Origin: Tubulanus polymorphus | Lineage: Eukaryota > Animalia > Nemertea | Length of the DNA stretch: 64,000 nt | NCBI RefSeq assembly: GCF_964204645.1 | Contig: NC_134030.1 | Span: 19,862,210-19,926,209 of the forward strand | Reading direction: 5' to 3' | Position numbers and translations under genes: made by a program | Shown here: positions 49,701 to 64,000 of the stretch, piece after piece | How the letters are laid out: every line of letters begins with the position of its first letter | Position numbering within the stretch: the stretch's first letter is position 1 | Notes under the pieces: model-generated | Seen by the model: the letters and a program-made list of their open reading frames with translations, nothing else | Told to the model about the DNA's origin: nothing | Databases searched by the model: none

Positions 49701-51794
49701 ACCATTCGACAGTCAAACCCTGACTATGCACTCTAATCAGAATGCTGCGAAATCTTTTCAGATGAAATATATTTAATTACATAAACAAATACGTAGCAAA
49801 CGTGTGGACTCGAGAACGAACTGATACTTGCTTATATGTTCCGATAAATAAAAATACTGACGACACTTCAAGATAATATCGCAAAGTAATGAAATCATCG
49901 AATGGGTTTCGAATCGTGTCCAGAAATACGACGTAGCGATAAGAATACACGCTAGGAGAGCTGTATAATGTCATCTAATGTAAATGAGTTGTAACACCGA
50001 TTATCCCGCCAGTTAATTACGTTTATTTCATATCAGGATGATTTAGAAATTATGTTCAGTTAAAATAAAAGTGCCTAATAGTGGTACATGCTCTACGTTC
50101 ATCCACGACCACAATCACAATACCATTGTATATTCATCATTTTAAATGAGAAAATACCACTGCTGTTTGTTTTATATTCAGCTTAATTGAAATAATGTAA
50201 CTTTTAAACAGTTTCGAGGAATTTTTTTTGGGACTTTCAAATTTAGGCGGGGCGGGGAGGGGGGGGGGGTGATTCCTCTAAATCCATTCCTGAAATGTGC
50301 CGCATTCTTAGGCAGTTTATACTCCAAGTCTTCAAATCACGAGGAATACACGTATCACAGAGGGCTACATTACGTCAATGCAGAAAATGCGTCTCGTGGA
50401 GACGATGGTGGAAGGCGGGGACTTAACAAAACTGTGTAGATGATATATAAGATGATGTGTTTTTCTGCTTTCGTGAATATGTATTGTTAAAGGTTTTGAA
50501 TACACATGGATTTAAAAACTTCTCGCTGCATTTCCCTATAAGAGGACACCATGAAGAGTCAATCAATCACCAAAGCTGTGCAATTATTTGGTTTTATTTC
50601 AATTTGTATTTGAAGAATATATAGTATCGCGCGCAATATTTTTCATTCATTCGTCGACTGTTCTGGCTCGAGAAAACGAGATATTGTCATTTCGAAAGTA
50701 TAATACGTTGGAATAGCGACTAAGGTAAGCGTAGTGATAAAATATTCTAATTTAACGATAAAAATGATACCTTGTTTCTTTTTCACCATTCGACAACAAG
50801 ACGCGGCGGCTATTGAAACGAATGGGTTACACATTTTATTGAAATTTACAAAAAAAAACTCGGGCGCTGCGGAGAAACAAGGTGTCATTTTTAGCCTAAA
50901 ATAATATACTCCGATAAGTACCGCAGCAATTTCAGTAGCCGGAATCTAAAATACGACACATGACTAAACATTTTTTTTCTGCTGAAAATCATGCATCGAT
51001 TAATTGATCAATGACGTGTCACTGATCATACCGTTTAGCATAGTAGTATATTCTACGGTTATATGTAGATTTTCACCGATGGAGATCTCAATATAAATTA
51101 CATAAAATTCATAACCAAATTCATTATTCCTGAAGATGACTATTAGGATATAGTCGAAACGTTGAATAAACTACTAAGCTCAAAGTAACATTTTCGGACT
51201 TTTTCTTATCATTGTGGGATTCTCTCTACATCGCGTCAACGCGGATATAGTGTTCTATCAATCGTGTTCATAACCAAATTATTCTATAATAAATGATTTT
51301 CTATAATTGAGGTTAGGAACTAATTTCAAACGAATATCTTTTGACTAGATCATTTTGGCTGAGGAACCAAACTTGGAAGCGACTCTGAAGACAAAAAATG
51401 AATTATCGATGATTATCTATATTAGATATTTAAATCTTATCACTCACGGAAAGAAACGACAGAGACTTGTTCCTGCGATGCCCAAACACTAGCAATGCGG
51501 CCGCCCTGCACTCACTTCATAGCACGGCGTTCGAACCAGCGATTCAAACCCGTTACACTGCTCTGCACTAAATCAAAAATACATCAAGTATTCTTCATGT
51601 ATATCTATTATCAGTTCCTTTTTTCTGTGTAGCTGCGTTATTTCAAACCTGGCTCATTCTCTGACGAAAAGGTTCGCTCATTGAGAGCCTATTTGAAAAC
51701 TGTTGCAATATCAATTTTCTTTTCGAATTTTTATAAATGCCAAATCGCAAATATATTTTATTCAAATTCTAGGCGAAGAAAATGCTTGCTTACA

Positions 51795-52456
51795 ATGACT
51801 CGCATATGTGCTTTTGCTGCGATTGTGGCCAGTGCCGCGGCCTTCAGTGGTGAGTTAAGACTGGGAAAAAGATACTCAGCATCGTAGGATTTCATAAATG
51901 ATATAATTCAATTCGCAATTATCATTAAACATTTAGTATGCTTTCATCGACGGAACGAATTGATTTGATAGATATATTTCACAAAATGACACGTATACAT
52001 TATGACAAAAACCCTGTTAATTGACGTGCAACATATTGTTATTATACACATGTATTTTTTTAACACCCTGGCCCGCTAAGCGCAACGCTAGAAGCGGGTT
52101 CGATGTTTCATTTTCCCAATACCCACACTAGAGAAGAACCTCCGACCAAGAAACTTTGTCGCCTCCAGGGTTTGAACCCATTAACCCTGGATTGATGAGA
52201 GCAGTGTCAGGCGGCTTATACCACTCGGCCACTGAGCCTCCCATCTGATATCCTCATCGGGATCACCATTATAGTCCTACATCTGGGGGCGGGAGTTCCA
52301 TTATTTCTTCAATTTAGGTAAAAACATCTGTCACTTCAAAATTCAATTTTTAATTTCATGTTTTTTGAAAATATAGATTGCCATCCAAAGGGCTGGACGT
52401 GTGACGATAGCCTTAAGTGTTGCAGCAACACCTGTAGAGCTAGTATTTGTTCCTGA
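51795..52456 (+). CDS. Knottin-like peptide copy C; join(51795..51849,52377..52456), same peptide as copy B
   Basis: Conserved splice sites and frame. A 2-bp deletion puts the upstream ATG out of frame, which favours the MTRIC start. Confidence 0.78.
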
Positions 52457-54214
52457 TCGTTGAGTACAAAGGTTTATAACGGGATATACTCGTGGTGGTT
52501 TGGGAAATATATCCGATTATGAAACTGAACGATAGTCAGTTTTACTGACTAGGCCGTGTACTAAAAAGCTGGCACTGAATTTATAATTGTTACCGATTCT
52601 TGATATCTTGTAGTAAATTAGATTCAATAAAACTGCGAGTAAATAAATCAATTGTCGGGTTGTTGACTGTTTTTATGATTCATTCGTCAGAGTTTTCAAA
52701 GTGATCAGAAGTGCCATTCCATCGGCGGTGAAGAACATTCATCGTCAATTAAAAAGGACTACTCGTAAGCAAAAGTCCAAAAACTCCCAATTCAATTATT
52801 TCAGTCCCAGGGTTTAAATGTTTCATATGTATCCATCCATTAAGATATTTACAGTTTTCTGTCCTGTTGCCCGGTCGGTGATTTTCTTGTGACGTCACTC
52901 AACCTCGTATGAAACTGGGGAAAACAATATAAATACAGTTTTAAGATGCTTTAAATGAAATCCATTTTCGTAGTTCATTGATGCTTCGATTTTTTTTATT
53001 CTCTAAATTTAAGATTTCTATAGATTATATCAGCAATAGGTGCCGAATATAAAGAGTAAATAAACCTGGCCCCAGAACTGAACCTTGGGGACTTCCACAT
53101 CGAAAATCAGCAATATTAACTTTACCGTTTGTAACAACTTTGTGTGTACATTCCTGAAGGTGCCTAAGATTTGAAATAATTCTGTTTTGAAGCTGATTAG
53201 CGGCCATACGTTCAAGCATCTTTGTGGCTACAGGTTAGTAAGATAATGATCTATAAATATTCAATTAGTATAGATTTTAAAGTTGTGGTTTTAATCAAAT
53301 TGCTCAAACGAGCATGATTTCAATTAAACAGTACAACACCGGTTTCCAAAGTGCAATTTATAATTCTAGTAACGATTGGAACAGTAACACACTGTTTTAG
53401 AATTGGCGCGGGCAACTAAAGCATCTCCCTTATACTTCGCAAATCCACGACCCGCATCAAAATTCCTCGGAGCACCACGGCAAAACTGATCATTAACGCG
53501 ACTAATGGTCAGTAGCGTATGTTCCAAACGAGCGATGGAAATTCACCTATTTCAAACTGGTCATTTATGCGTAAAATACAAGCACTTGAGAGACACACGG
53601 ATACGCGACATGGACTTAATAGCGTAACCTGCATTTTCAAGTGTATTAATGGCTTATGCGAGCTTTCAACTTAAACTTCGTGTTGGGCGGTGATTTATTG
53701 ATAGGCCGTCTAGAAGACTGAGAACCGTGTAATTTTTTTTTGAAAAAAACTTTCTTTCAAAATTAATTCTGCAAGATCTAGCGGTTTGAAATCAAATAAT
53801 TTCGTTTCGTTGACATTTTCGTCATCTTGAATTGATGCTAATGTAGAAAAGCATTGAATAATGATTTTGAGGCTCATCGTTAATATTCAATGATTCTATA
53901 ACTAAAATTACGTTCGGGTTGAATGTGTTCTGATGAAATACGTAATGTCTAATGACGAAATTCGTGTGTGAACAAATTGGAAAAAAAAAACAAAATTGGA
54001 ATTAATTGGCGCCTTAGGAATTTTGGTAAGCAACGTGGAATCTAGAAATTATTGCTAATTGGAAAACAGATCTTTATGCAAAAAATCCAAACATTTCAAA
54101 TCTAGAATCGGTTTAGAACTAATTGCGGCAGTACCAAAAATCCACCTAAAAGAAGTCACAGCGAATTCTCTGATTGGACGAACTGCAATTTGTGTTCGTT
54201 ATTATTCTACGAAA

Positions 54215-57200
54215 ATGGTTTCGGTTCATTCTGTCGTGTTGATGCTGTTCGGTATGGATCGACTGAGAGCGCTGTTTATAGCGTCGCTGATCGTCTGGCG
54301 AGTTAACATCGCACACGCTGATCTGTCTGACGCTGTGACGGTCAGTTCGTCTTGTAACAACACTTGGTACCCCGTCGATTCTACGTCCGGTTACATCGTT
54401 TCACCGAATTACCCGTCGTTAACGCGCGGTGTTGAATGTCGTTGGTTCGCCAACAACTCTTTACCGGGAACTTTCAACATCGAACTATACTACGACATCG
54501 AGCCGTCGATATTCTGTAGTGATAACTATCTTCTCGTCGGTGAGTCCGATAACAAATTCTGCGGTGAAGGAAAACATGAAATCCGCCGTAACGATTCGAT
54601 GTCGTTGATGTTTAGAAGTAACGTCGATGGTGTGCGGGGTAGTCGGGTTTATATCATATATCGTTTGGAACGGAACAATTTGAAATTAATTCACACCTGC
54701 GCAAAGTACACTTCAAAAGTCAACAAATTACCAACATCGATAGGATACAAGTTTGCTATGTTGGTATGGAAATGTAAATTGTATTTGGAATGGATCGGGA
54801 TCCCGGATGGTTTTGCTATGAATTTCACGTTTTCGCAGATAATATTCGATTTATATCCCGGAACTGATCCAGCGAAAACTGTTCAAATTCATGACGGATG
54901 GAACAGCAGTGAACTTATTGCTGTAATACCAGAACAAACCGGACAACCACCTTCATCCTTTTATACTAAGACGAACAAAGCTATGATTATGCTACTCGGG
55001 AGAAACGTACTTACATCACAACTATCAGTTCAGGTGTATAGAATATCTGAATGGAACGTCTCTAATCTGTTAATTCAAATCTCTAATAACGAGTCTGGAG
55101 TGCTCATTCCCGACGACAACAGTTTACACGTAATAACTCGATCAAAACACTTACACTGCTGGTCTATCACAGTGCAGGTGTTACAGTTCGTCGTCTTCAA
55201 CTGGACACGTGATCTCAGCACATCCGGTGACGTCATTGGCGTATATAAACTAGAAGGTTTACGAGTTGTAGGAACTGATATTTTACTCGGTTACAACTAC
55301 CTGGAATCACTGAGTGTTAAATCTGACGGCTTTCTCGTCATACTGTGCGTTTTAATAAAACCAGGTGTTTTACAATCAAATGTGAATATTGAATTTGAAG
55401 TGAAATCTATTTCCATAAAAGACGCACGAGTGGATAAACACTTGGTGAGTATTGTGCGTTTTAATTTTAAGTTTAGGATTTTATTATGTGTGAATTTCTA
55501 TTATAAGGTTTCATGCGTAGAGTTTTTGTTTTTGTTTTTGTTCTGAGAATAAAATGAAAGTCTTCGAAGCCAACACGAGAAGTTACGTGCACTTTTTCAT
55601 GGAGATCCAGATACTATAACTGCATGTGTAAACGATTATTGGGATGATTTAGGGTGGGTTTGTTTCAACTAAAATATTTTAGTGGGAAATTTGGATTTTC
55701 CACCTGAAGAAGAAATTTCATTTTAGCAAATCTTAAAACACGAATTGCTGCACGTGACAAAATCATTAATCGGAATAGATTTGAAAATGTTGCTATGTTA
55801 TTAATACTTAAAAAACTAATGCTGATTTGTTATATTTTGTAGATATATGGTAACAGAACTGCTCGAAGTCTGTTCCCGACGACAAAGAAGACAACATTAT
55901 CGTATCGCATAAATACATTTGAATATAAACGGAAAGTTGATATCTATGAGTATAGATTCAAACTGACAGTTTTATCAGAGACGTGCGAGAGAGCTGGATT
56001 TTATATATATGATGGTGGTAATTTTACAGCTAGACGCTATGGTCCGTATTGTCCTGGTTTACACTACAGTCGTAACGTCGTCAGTCTGATTACATCAGGA
56101 GGACCGGTTACTGTAGTAGCATACGCTTATAACTGGCATAAAAACTTAATTGTTAATGGGGCGTCATATCTATTTTTCGCCCCTACTGATTGTGACGGGT
56201 ATGTTCTGCAGGAAGGAGAAAATCAGATCAATATGACGTCACACTGCCTCACGATTACACCTGAAAACCGGCGCCTTCCTTTAGAAAATATTTATATATT
56301 ATCAGAATACGAATATCAAATTTACACATGTGTCCGTAGTTCAAATTATTCGTGTCCTCATGTTACTCTTACAACTCAATTACTGAATAACAGTCTCTTA
56401 TTGAATCATCTGATGATAAAAGGAAGTAGTTATAGGTTCTGGAGTAATTCACTGATGATTGTACTACGACGTAAATGTTTGGTGTTGATGATCTATCAAG
56501 ATTCCCCGGTACTTTCCTCTAATCAAATTGCATACATCCCGCCGAAGCGAGAAAAATGTGGAGTCGCACAATCACCGAACTATCCTGGATATGATCAACA
56601 ACGCCGTAAATCAAGTTTGTACTACTCATTTCATTACGACAAACATTTGAATTATTACATTAGATTCCTTTTCAAATTTATGGGACACGCCTCGTGCAGC
56701 CCTTCTAGTAGTTATACTGTTCGTGATCCGTTATTACTGGTACAGACTATTTTGAAACCCGGTAGTGACATCATCCTTATTTGGGGGCTGCGTCGCCACG
56801 AGACTAAAATATGTGAAAATAACGCTGTACCTGGACTTGTATTGTACAGTCTACTCGGGTTTGACCTTTACTTTGAAGCGAAAAACTATATCCCTTTATT
56901 TCGAATTCAATACACTTTAGAACAATCGCCTTCACAAACACATCGAAATAATGACTGCGGATCAGATTTTCTAGATTCAGGTGTTCCGTGTATCAGATAC
57001 ATCAAACATGAACGTCTGAATTGGGAGAAGGCTGAAATTTACTGTCAACAGAAATACGGTGGACATCTTCTCAGTATCAACTCTGAACAGGAAATGATTG
57101 CTGTAAAAAAACTGTTCGCTACGAAACTTCTGCAGGAGGCGTATTCACAGGCGGCGCTGATTGTGATGATTGGATTGAAATGGCAGGTAATTTCAAAGTA

Positions 57201-60200
57201 TCGTTATAAACATGTTTACCAACATTCATTTAGTTTCGAACATGATTTTGAATTTGTTACGAATTCATTCATTCTCTACTAAAAGCCTAGAATATTTCAT
57301 ATTGATTGAAACAGATTTCTATTAGTCAACGTGTAAAATGTAAAATGATCTTAATTTGATAAACTCAATTCAGTCGCTTGATATAAGTTAGATATCCTAA
57401 AGCTAATCGTCATGAACACTTCTAAAACCATTGCGATGAATGAAACTGAATTTATTTTGAACAGAATGATGGTTATTACACGTGGACTGATGGGAAACCA
57501 TTGAGCTACACAGAGTGGTTTAAACCTGCTATGATAAACGAAACTATACCAGAAGTTATTCAAGGATTGATATCTCCTCTACGAAAACAACCGATAAATG
57601 ACGTCAATATGCCGTGTACGGCGATGATACTGAATAATCCACGAGGTTCAGCGAACTGGGTTCGATTCCCGTGTCAAATCGAGGAGACTCGAACAACTTT
57701 CATTTGTGAAAAAGACAACGATAACTCCTCATCGACTAAAAATCACAAATTACCTGTTGCAGAAGAAAACTATACTTATTATTCGGGGATATTGGAATCA
57801 GATAACTCCACGTGTTTTAAGGGATGGATTGGTATAGAAGGATATTGCTATCAGATACTTACAGCCTGGGATACTCACAGATTGTCGATTCCGGAAGCTG
57901 AGGAAATGTGTCAAACAATTGGTGGTGAAATAGGTATAGTATCCAATGATGTTATAATTCAGCATTTGATTCAAATATTTCATTATGAACATCAATATGG
58001 TGCTGTACTAGCAAAGGCTACGGAAAGTGAATTTCTTGCTCTGGATCCAGTTTTGACCAGAGATGAAATAACATATAAAAAAACGGTGAAATGGTCAGTG
58101 ACTGTCTTTGATAATGTCACAGATGTAGCGCATTCAGTGCTATGTTCCTACAATGCAACTGGTGAAGAGTTGGCTTCTATAAGTGGTTGTAAATCGTGGC
58201 AATTTGAATGTAACGATCACAGATGTATCAGCGATCATCGCGTATGTGATACCAGAAACGACTGTCAACACGGTGATGATGAACTCGATTGTTCGAAATC
58301 AATCTTACAGAGTCAGTTACACTGTACCGATGGAGAAGTTATATCTGTTAGTAATTTGTGCGATTTTGTACGAGATTGCGCTGACGGATCAGATGAGAAC
58401 TCGTGCTATCATACTTCATGTTCCTCTGAACAGTTTAAGTGTAGCAATGGACAATGCGTGGGTAAATATAATCAATGTGATGGACTGGTTGATTGTAAAG
58501 ATAAATCTGATGAGATCGGCTGCTCTTCGGATGAATGTAACGGGTTTCTGTGTGTAAATGGTGAATGTATCAGTTCTCTGTTGTATCGGGATGGTGTTGT
58601 AGATTGTGCTGGTAGCCTCGAAGAAGATGAGATTGTCGTCAACATAACAGTTACACCAAAGATTAACTGTACTACAGAGAACTACTGTACGACTAATTTC
58701 ACAAACTTATGTAAGAAATCCGATGAACAAAGATGTTCTTTCGATTCTCCTCACTGTTATTCTAGACGTCACAGATGTATTTTAGAAAGGATGCCGATTG
58801 GTTACCCGGTATGTAGAAGGCTCGAACATATACAAAGTTGTACTGATTTCAAATGTCCAGCTGGTGCTGCAAAATGTCCAGCATCTTACTGTATACCGAT
58901 GGGACAGGTGTGCGATGGTCGATCCGATTGTCCTAACTCAGAAGATGAGCGAAACTGCAGGACTTTGTCATGTCCTGGCATGTTTAAGTGTGGCCAAGAA
59001 AACCGATGCATACCTCAATCTGAAGTTTGTGATGGTGTCGTCAATTGTAAACATACCACTGATGACGAAGCTTTCTGTGACGTCATATGTCCAAAGGAAT
59101 GTAAATGTCAAGGTCATTTGATTGATTGCGATCATGCTGATTTCGAAGAAATTACTGATCTTTTCTCGGCATCAACTCGAGTTCTGATTTTGTCAAGAAA
59201 CCAAGTTGTATTCAATGAGTCAACATTTTCTTCGTACCTCTATTTACATTTCCTTGATATTTCACGTAACAATTTGTCTTATATTGTTCCAAACGCGTTC
59301 TCAAACCTGCATAATCTACATACATTAGATCTTACCTATAACCGCATAATATCATTTTCTGAGAATACATTCGCCGGTTTGTATAGTTTGAAAAAACTTT
59401 TGTTTTTTGGAAATCCAGTGAGATATTTAGAAGAAGGCAGTTTTCATGGTTTAAAGTCATTGAGCGATCTCGATCTTCACGGACTTTCCTTGTCGTTACT
59501 CGGTGGAAATGTGTTCAGTGGTTTATCCGCTTTAGAGTCGTTAAATATCAGCAGTAACGTGATCAAATATATTTCACCAAATGCGTTCGCCGGATTAACA
59601 AAACTAAGAAATCTGGATCTAACCAAAAATTCTGAAGTCATATCCGTACAAAGAAACGTTTTTGACAGTCTTACATTATTGAGTTCTTTGGCTTCTGACG
59701 CGTACAAATTTTGTTGCATGGTTCCGAATGTTGACCAGTGTCCCCCGGAAGCCGACCAATTTTCATCTTGTTCCGACCTGATGGGTAACACTGTTCTTAG
59801 AGCAATCATTTGGGCGATCGCTTCATTCAGCTTTTTTGCCAACATCATCGTAATTTCACTTCGCGTTCAAGCGTTTCGCATTTCATCCTCTGAATCACGT
59901 AACACATCCTCTGATATCCTAATCATTAATATTGCCACCTGCGATTTTCTCATGTCAATTTATCTTTTTCTGATCGCTGGAGCCGATTACGTCTATAAAA
60001 GTGTTTATTTCCTCAATTCTGAAAGGTGGACAGATAGTTCACTGTGTCGACTCGCTGGGATTTTAGTAACTCTTTCGTGCGAAGGGTCTTTGCTTTTTCT
60101 CCTGATTCTAACCCGTCAAAGATACTCGAATATCGTCGATCCATTTTCTGGAAGCCCAATTATATCATCGACATATGTGTCCGGTATTTGCTGTATATGC

Positions 60201-62456
60201 TGGATCATTTTGGGCAACATTTCAATGCTACCGCTGTCGTCATCTTCTTATTTCGGACATAACTTTTACGGCACAACTGGTGTTTGTTTACCTATGAATT
60301 TACTATCCATCGATGTCCACGCCTGGCAATATTCATTCGCTATTTTTGCCGTGTCTAACTCGGTCGTACTTGCTACAATAATGATGACGTATGCACAGAT
60401 GTATAGACTCATATCTGGAAGCAGGTCCGGCTCGGGTAGAGCAGATCCTACCGAATTGGTTCTGGCGCGTAGGAGTTTAGTGATAAATATGTGTAATTTA
60501 TTTTGCTGGTTACCGATAATAAACCATTTTACAGTTGCTAGCCGCCATTTTGTTAGGGTACTTTTGTCCCGTATTGTTGGGTCATTTTTTTCTCTTTTTT
60601 AAAAACTATCCGTGATGCGTGTTGTATCATATTTCATCTGTCCATGGATGGATTTTGACAACTTCAGCAACATTCAAACCGCGTGAATCTCTAGTTTTCA
60701 GTTATGTAAAAATCATTTCTCAAATTTACAACAATGCGACATGAGAGCGATATAAAAATCGGTGGTCAGTTTTTGCCGTGCGCATAGAAATCAAGGGTAC
60801 TGAACTTTGAAGTTCGTTAGTTTCAGAAATAATTTTCTAAAAAATCCAAGCATTTCAAGAACTGTGCGCATAAATGCCCCCTTTCAGGTGAACTTTGAAA
60901 TTTTAAGATATCTTGCCTAGTTTTTTTCCTATGGCACTTTAACTGCAGCGCGTGTATTGTCATTCCGAGATTCGGCGCTGTTTTCTTTGCGTGTATTTCA
61001 GTATATGGGTGTTATTTTTTCATTTTTACTACACTTGTCTCTACGGAAAATGGTTTTAATTGTTGGTACGAGTATCAGGTTTTAATATTACGGCATTAAT
61101 ACTGTATTCCGTTCTCCGGCGCTAGTTCGTAATGGCTGTATTGGTAGCCGTTTTTACAGCAGGCAGAGGCTTACGTACATGCACCCAAGAAAACCCAAAA
61201 TATCACTCTTTTGTTGTAAATGCAATCCACACACTTCTTGCGTTTTTGTGATGGTAGATGTCACTTTTTACTTTTTATCACCTGTGTCTGACATTAGGAC
61301 TTGATACTTGATATGTCACCACCAAAGCAAGAAAACGTTTTCCTATATTTTCTTCCCAATCTAATCAATCTTGTGTGTACTTAATAGAAAGTATTCATAG
61401 AAAGTAGCTGAATATTTGCCCCAACCCATTTGTCCAGCTTTTTGACCACTTCTCCATCCATCTAATTTCAGTAGATTTTTATGTAAATTTATTGATAGAC
61501 TACTGATTTAAATGGTCATCATACTCGATTTTGAGTGTTATATTTCTTTTCTTCTTCCATCTCAATATAGGCCCATATATTCTCTTCCCGCGCGCAACTT
61601 CGAATACGTGATCAAAATGCCGTTCAGTCTCGCTGCTAAAACTGGTAAAAAAATCCCTTAAACTCCAACATCTCTAATGTCTTCGATCTATTATATTGCA
61701 TAAATGACGTAATATTAAAACCTGATACTCGTACCAACAATTAAAACCATTTTCCGTAGAGACAAGTGTAGTAAAAATGAAAAAATAACACCCATATACT
61801 GAAATACACGCAAAGAAAACAGCGCCGAATCTCGGAATGACAATACATGCGCTGCAGTTAAAGTGCCATAGAAAAAAAACTAGGCAAGATATCTTAAAAT
61901 TTCAAAGTTCACCTGAAAGGGGGCATTTATGCGCACAGTTCTTGAAATGCTTGGATTTTTTAGAAAATTATTTCTGAAAATAACGAACTTCAAAGTTCAG
62001 TACCCTTGATTTCTATGCGCACGGCAAAAACTGACCACCGATTTTTATATCGCTCTCATGTCGCATTGTTGTAAATTTGAGAAATGATTTTTACATAACT
62101 GAAAACTAGAGATTCACGCGGTTTGAATGTTGCTGAAGTTGTCAAAATCCATCCATGGACAGATGAAATATGATACAACACGCATCACGGATAGTTTTTA
62201 AAAAATAGAAAAAAATGACCCAACAATACGGGACAAAAGTACCCTAACAAAATGGCGGCTAGCAACTGTAAAATGGTTTATTATCGTTCAGTTTTGCGCT
62301 GTATTGCGAGTAGAAATACCGAACCAAGTGGCGGCTTGGTTGGCGGTACTTTTCCTACCGATCAACTCGTCACTGAATCCACTTCTTTACACCATCCTCA
62401 CTATTGATATTAAATCTATTCGGGCCAGAAATAAACGCGTTTTGAAAACTCGCTGA
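54215..62456 (+). pseudogene. GRL101-like receptor copy 4, interrupted in TM6 by a transposon; exons 54215..55444, 55843..57186, 57465..60520 plus ~62282..62456
   Basis: Frame is open to CWLPII, then runs into the insertion and stops at 60602. The normal C-terminus (IVQFCAVL..KRVLKTR*) resumes after 62280. Confidence 0.88.
60521..62279. mobile_element. Non-autonomous DNA transposon (foldback/MITE-like), 1.76 kb with ~577-bp TIRs
   Basis: 60521-61097 is the near-perfect reverse complement of 61703-62279. Paralogous empty site is CCGATAATTATCG, giving a 2-bp AT TSD (or none if the ends are 60520/62280). Confidence 0.95.
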
Positions 62457-64000
62457 ACCATTCGACAGTCAAACCCTGACTATGCACTCTAATCAGAATG
62501 CTGCGAAATCTTTTCAGATGAAATATATTATATACATAAACAAATACGTAGCAAACGTGTGGACTCGAGAACGAACTGATACTTGCTTATACGTTCCAAT
62601 AAAAAAAACTGACGACACTTCAAGATAATATCGCAAAGTAATGAAATCATCGAATGGGTTTCGAATCGTGTCCAGAAATACGACGTAGCGATAAGAATAC
62701 ACGCTAGGAGAGCTGAGTAATGTCATCTAATATGAGTTGTAACACCAATTATCCTGACAGTTAATTACGTTTATTTTATATCAGGATGATTTAAAAATTA
62801 TGTAAGCTGGAAATGAAAGTGCCAAATAGTGGGACATGTTCTACGTTCATCGATTTAAAACCGTATTTGAGCGCTTCAATGTTTAATCGAAGGATAAAGC
62901 TTGCGTTGCTTTCGTCCATTCAAAGTCCTACGCCCGGAGGTGGGATCACTTCAAATGCGTGTCGATCCATATGGACATTATCGGCGCTGTGAAAGGTGAT
63001 CTACGTCTTTTGAATTCAGTCGTGTCCAGTATGTTCTTGCCAGTTTCTCGTTTATTAATCTTTTGCAGCCTCGGCTTTCAACACTCCCCTGACAAAGGAT
63101 AAATATCGTCTAATGACAAAGGATAAGTATCGTCTAATGCACTGAGTTAGGTGTACTCGGGCCCACAACGGGAACGACAATTGAATCAATCGCTCAACAC
63201 TGATCAGAATGATTACCGAGTTCCGATGCATCTTCGCCGTGTGAACAAGTCCGTCACAGTACACAGTAAACACCGCCGACACTCGGAATTTTTCCAGACC
63301 GTACGTCCACAACGATAAGTATTCCTTCAATGAGGTGAGGCAAAATATCGCAACCAGGTATTTTAGGATCGCAAATATTCTGAGCAGGTGGTACGTACAA
63401 ATTTGTAAATTCGAGAAAAAACAATTGTAAGAAATAACCGTGAAAATTAGCGTTCGAACCCCTAAGCCCTCGGTTGCCTGAAGACTAGTGACCGGCGGCT
63501 TAAAACCACTCGGCCAATGCGCCTGTTACATGAGTTCAAAGAAGGTTTGGATTGTGTATTGAGCTTGGATCAAAATTTCCACCAGTTGTGATCTAGATGC
63601 TTAGTATACGTTAGTATACTGAACGGCATGATCGATGACCAACAATATTCACCATTGAATATACAATTTACTCACCTGTTGCACTGAAGGTTTGGGTTAC
63701 TGATATTTCTGATCGATGAACCATGCTCACGAATCGGTGTGCAAATACATTTTCTAAAAGGAGTTTAATACAAATATACAGTTTGACAGGTTGTAGTGCA
63801 GTTCGGTCGTCAAAACAACTGACGAAAATTGTAATGAATACATGTAGTTAATCTATCATGTGAAACTGAATTAACTCACAAACATCAGTTTAAGTACCGT
63901 ACTGCTATTTCCAAAATTTCGATGTATTAAATTAGGCAGCCAAGAAAATTCACTCCAAATCAGTCGCTTGCCGGTTAAAACTGAATTGAAGATTGTTTGA

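Larger units (their letters stand above)
1..64000 (+). repeat. Tandem segmental array of ~11-12.6 kb units (receptor gene plus spacer), 4 units visible, extending past both window ends
   Basis: Homologous ORF starts at 4368, 34188, 46506, 57501: periods 12,588 (after removing the 17,232 bp Polinton plus one TSD), 12,318 and 10,995 bp. Bases 1-300 match spacer sequence at ~41745-42045. Confidence 0.97.

Noticed and set aside
61130-61270. piggyBac-like Cys-rich transposase tail on the minus strand (HLPSQKRKKCVDC)
   Set aside because: Too short and degenerate, and there is no TTAA target duplication.

Overview
Animal (invertebrate-like; taxon not determinable from sequence) genomic DNA built from a tandem array of ~11-12.6 kb units, four of them visible. 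Each unit carries a 3-exon GRL101-like receptor gene of ~1,930 aa (signal peptide, CUB-like domains, C-type lectin domains, ~7 LDLa, LRRs, rhodopsin-type 7TM). The three complete spacers also hold a 2-exon gene missed by the ORF track that encodes a ~44-aa secreted cystine-knot (C-x6-C-x5-CC-x3-C-x4-C) peptide, a minimal hammerhead ribozyme, tRNA-derived SINE pieces and a LINE RT relic; a decayed peptide-GPCR fragment follows copies 1, 2 and 4. A 17.2 kb AT-rich Polinton/Maverick (13127-30352; 6-bp TSD CACATG, ~370-bp TIRs) sits between units 1 and 2. It encodes a decayed pPolB, penton, major capsid, packaging ATPase, integrase, HNH nuclease and zinc-finger and membrane proteins. Its unusual features are an intein remnant at the polymerase motif C, poxvirus-late-like TAAATG starts on most genes, and 189-bp hairpins at both ends. 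Receptor copy 4 is interrupted in TM6 by a 1.76 kb non-autonomous DNA transposon with ~577-bp TIRs. Best candidates for something new: (i) the co-duplicated hypervariable receptor plus knottin peptide module, and (ii) the intein-bearing Polinton with giant-virus-like traits. All calls are by eye; no database searches were run.
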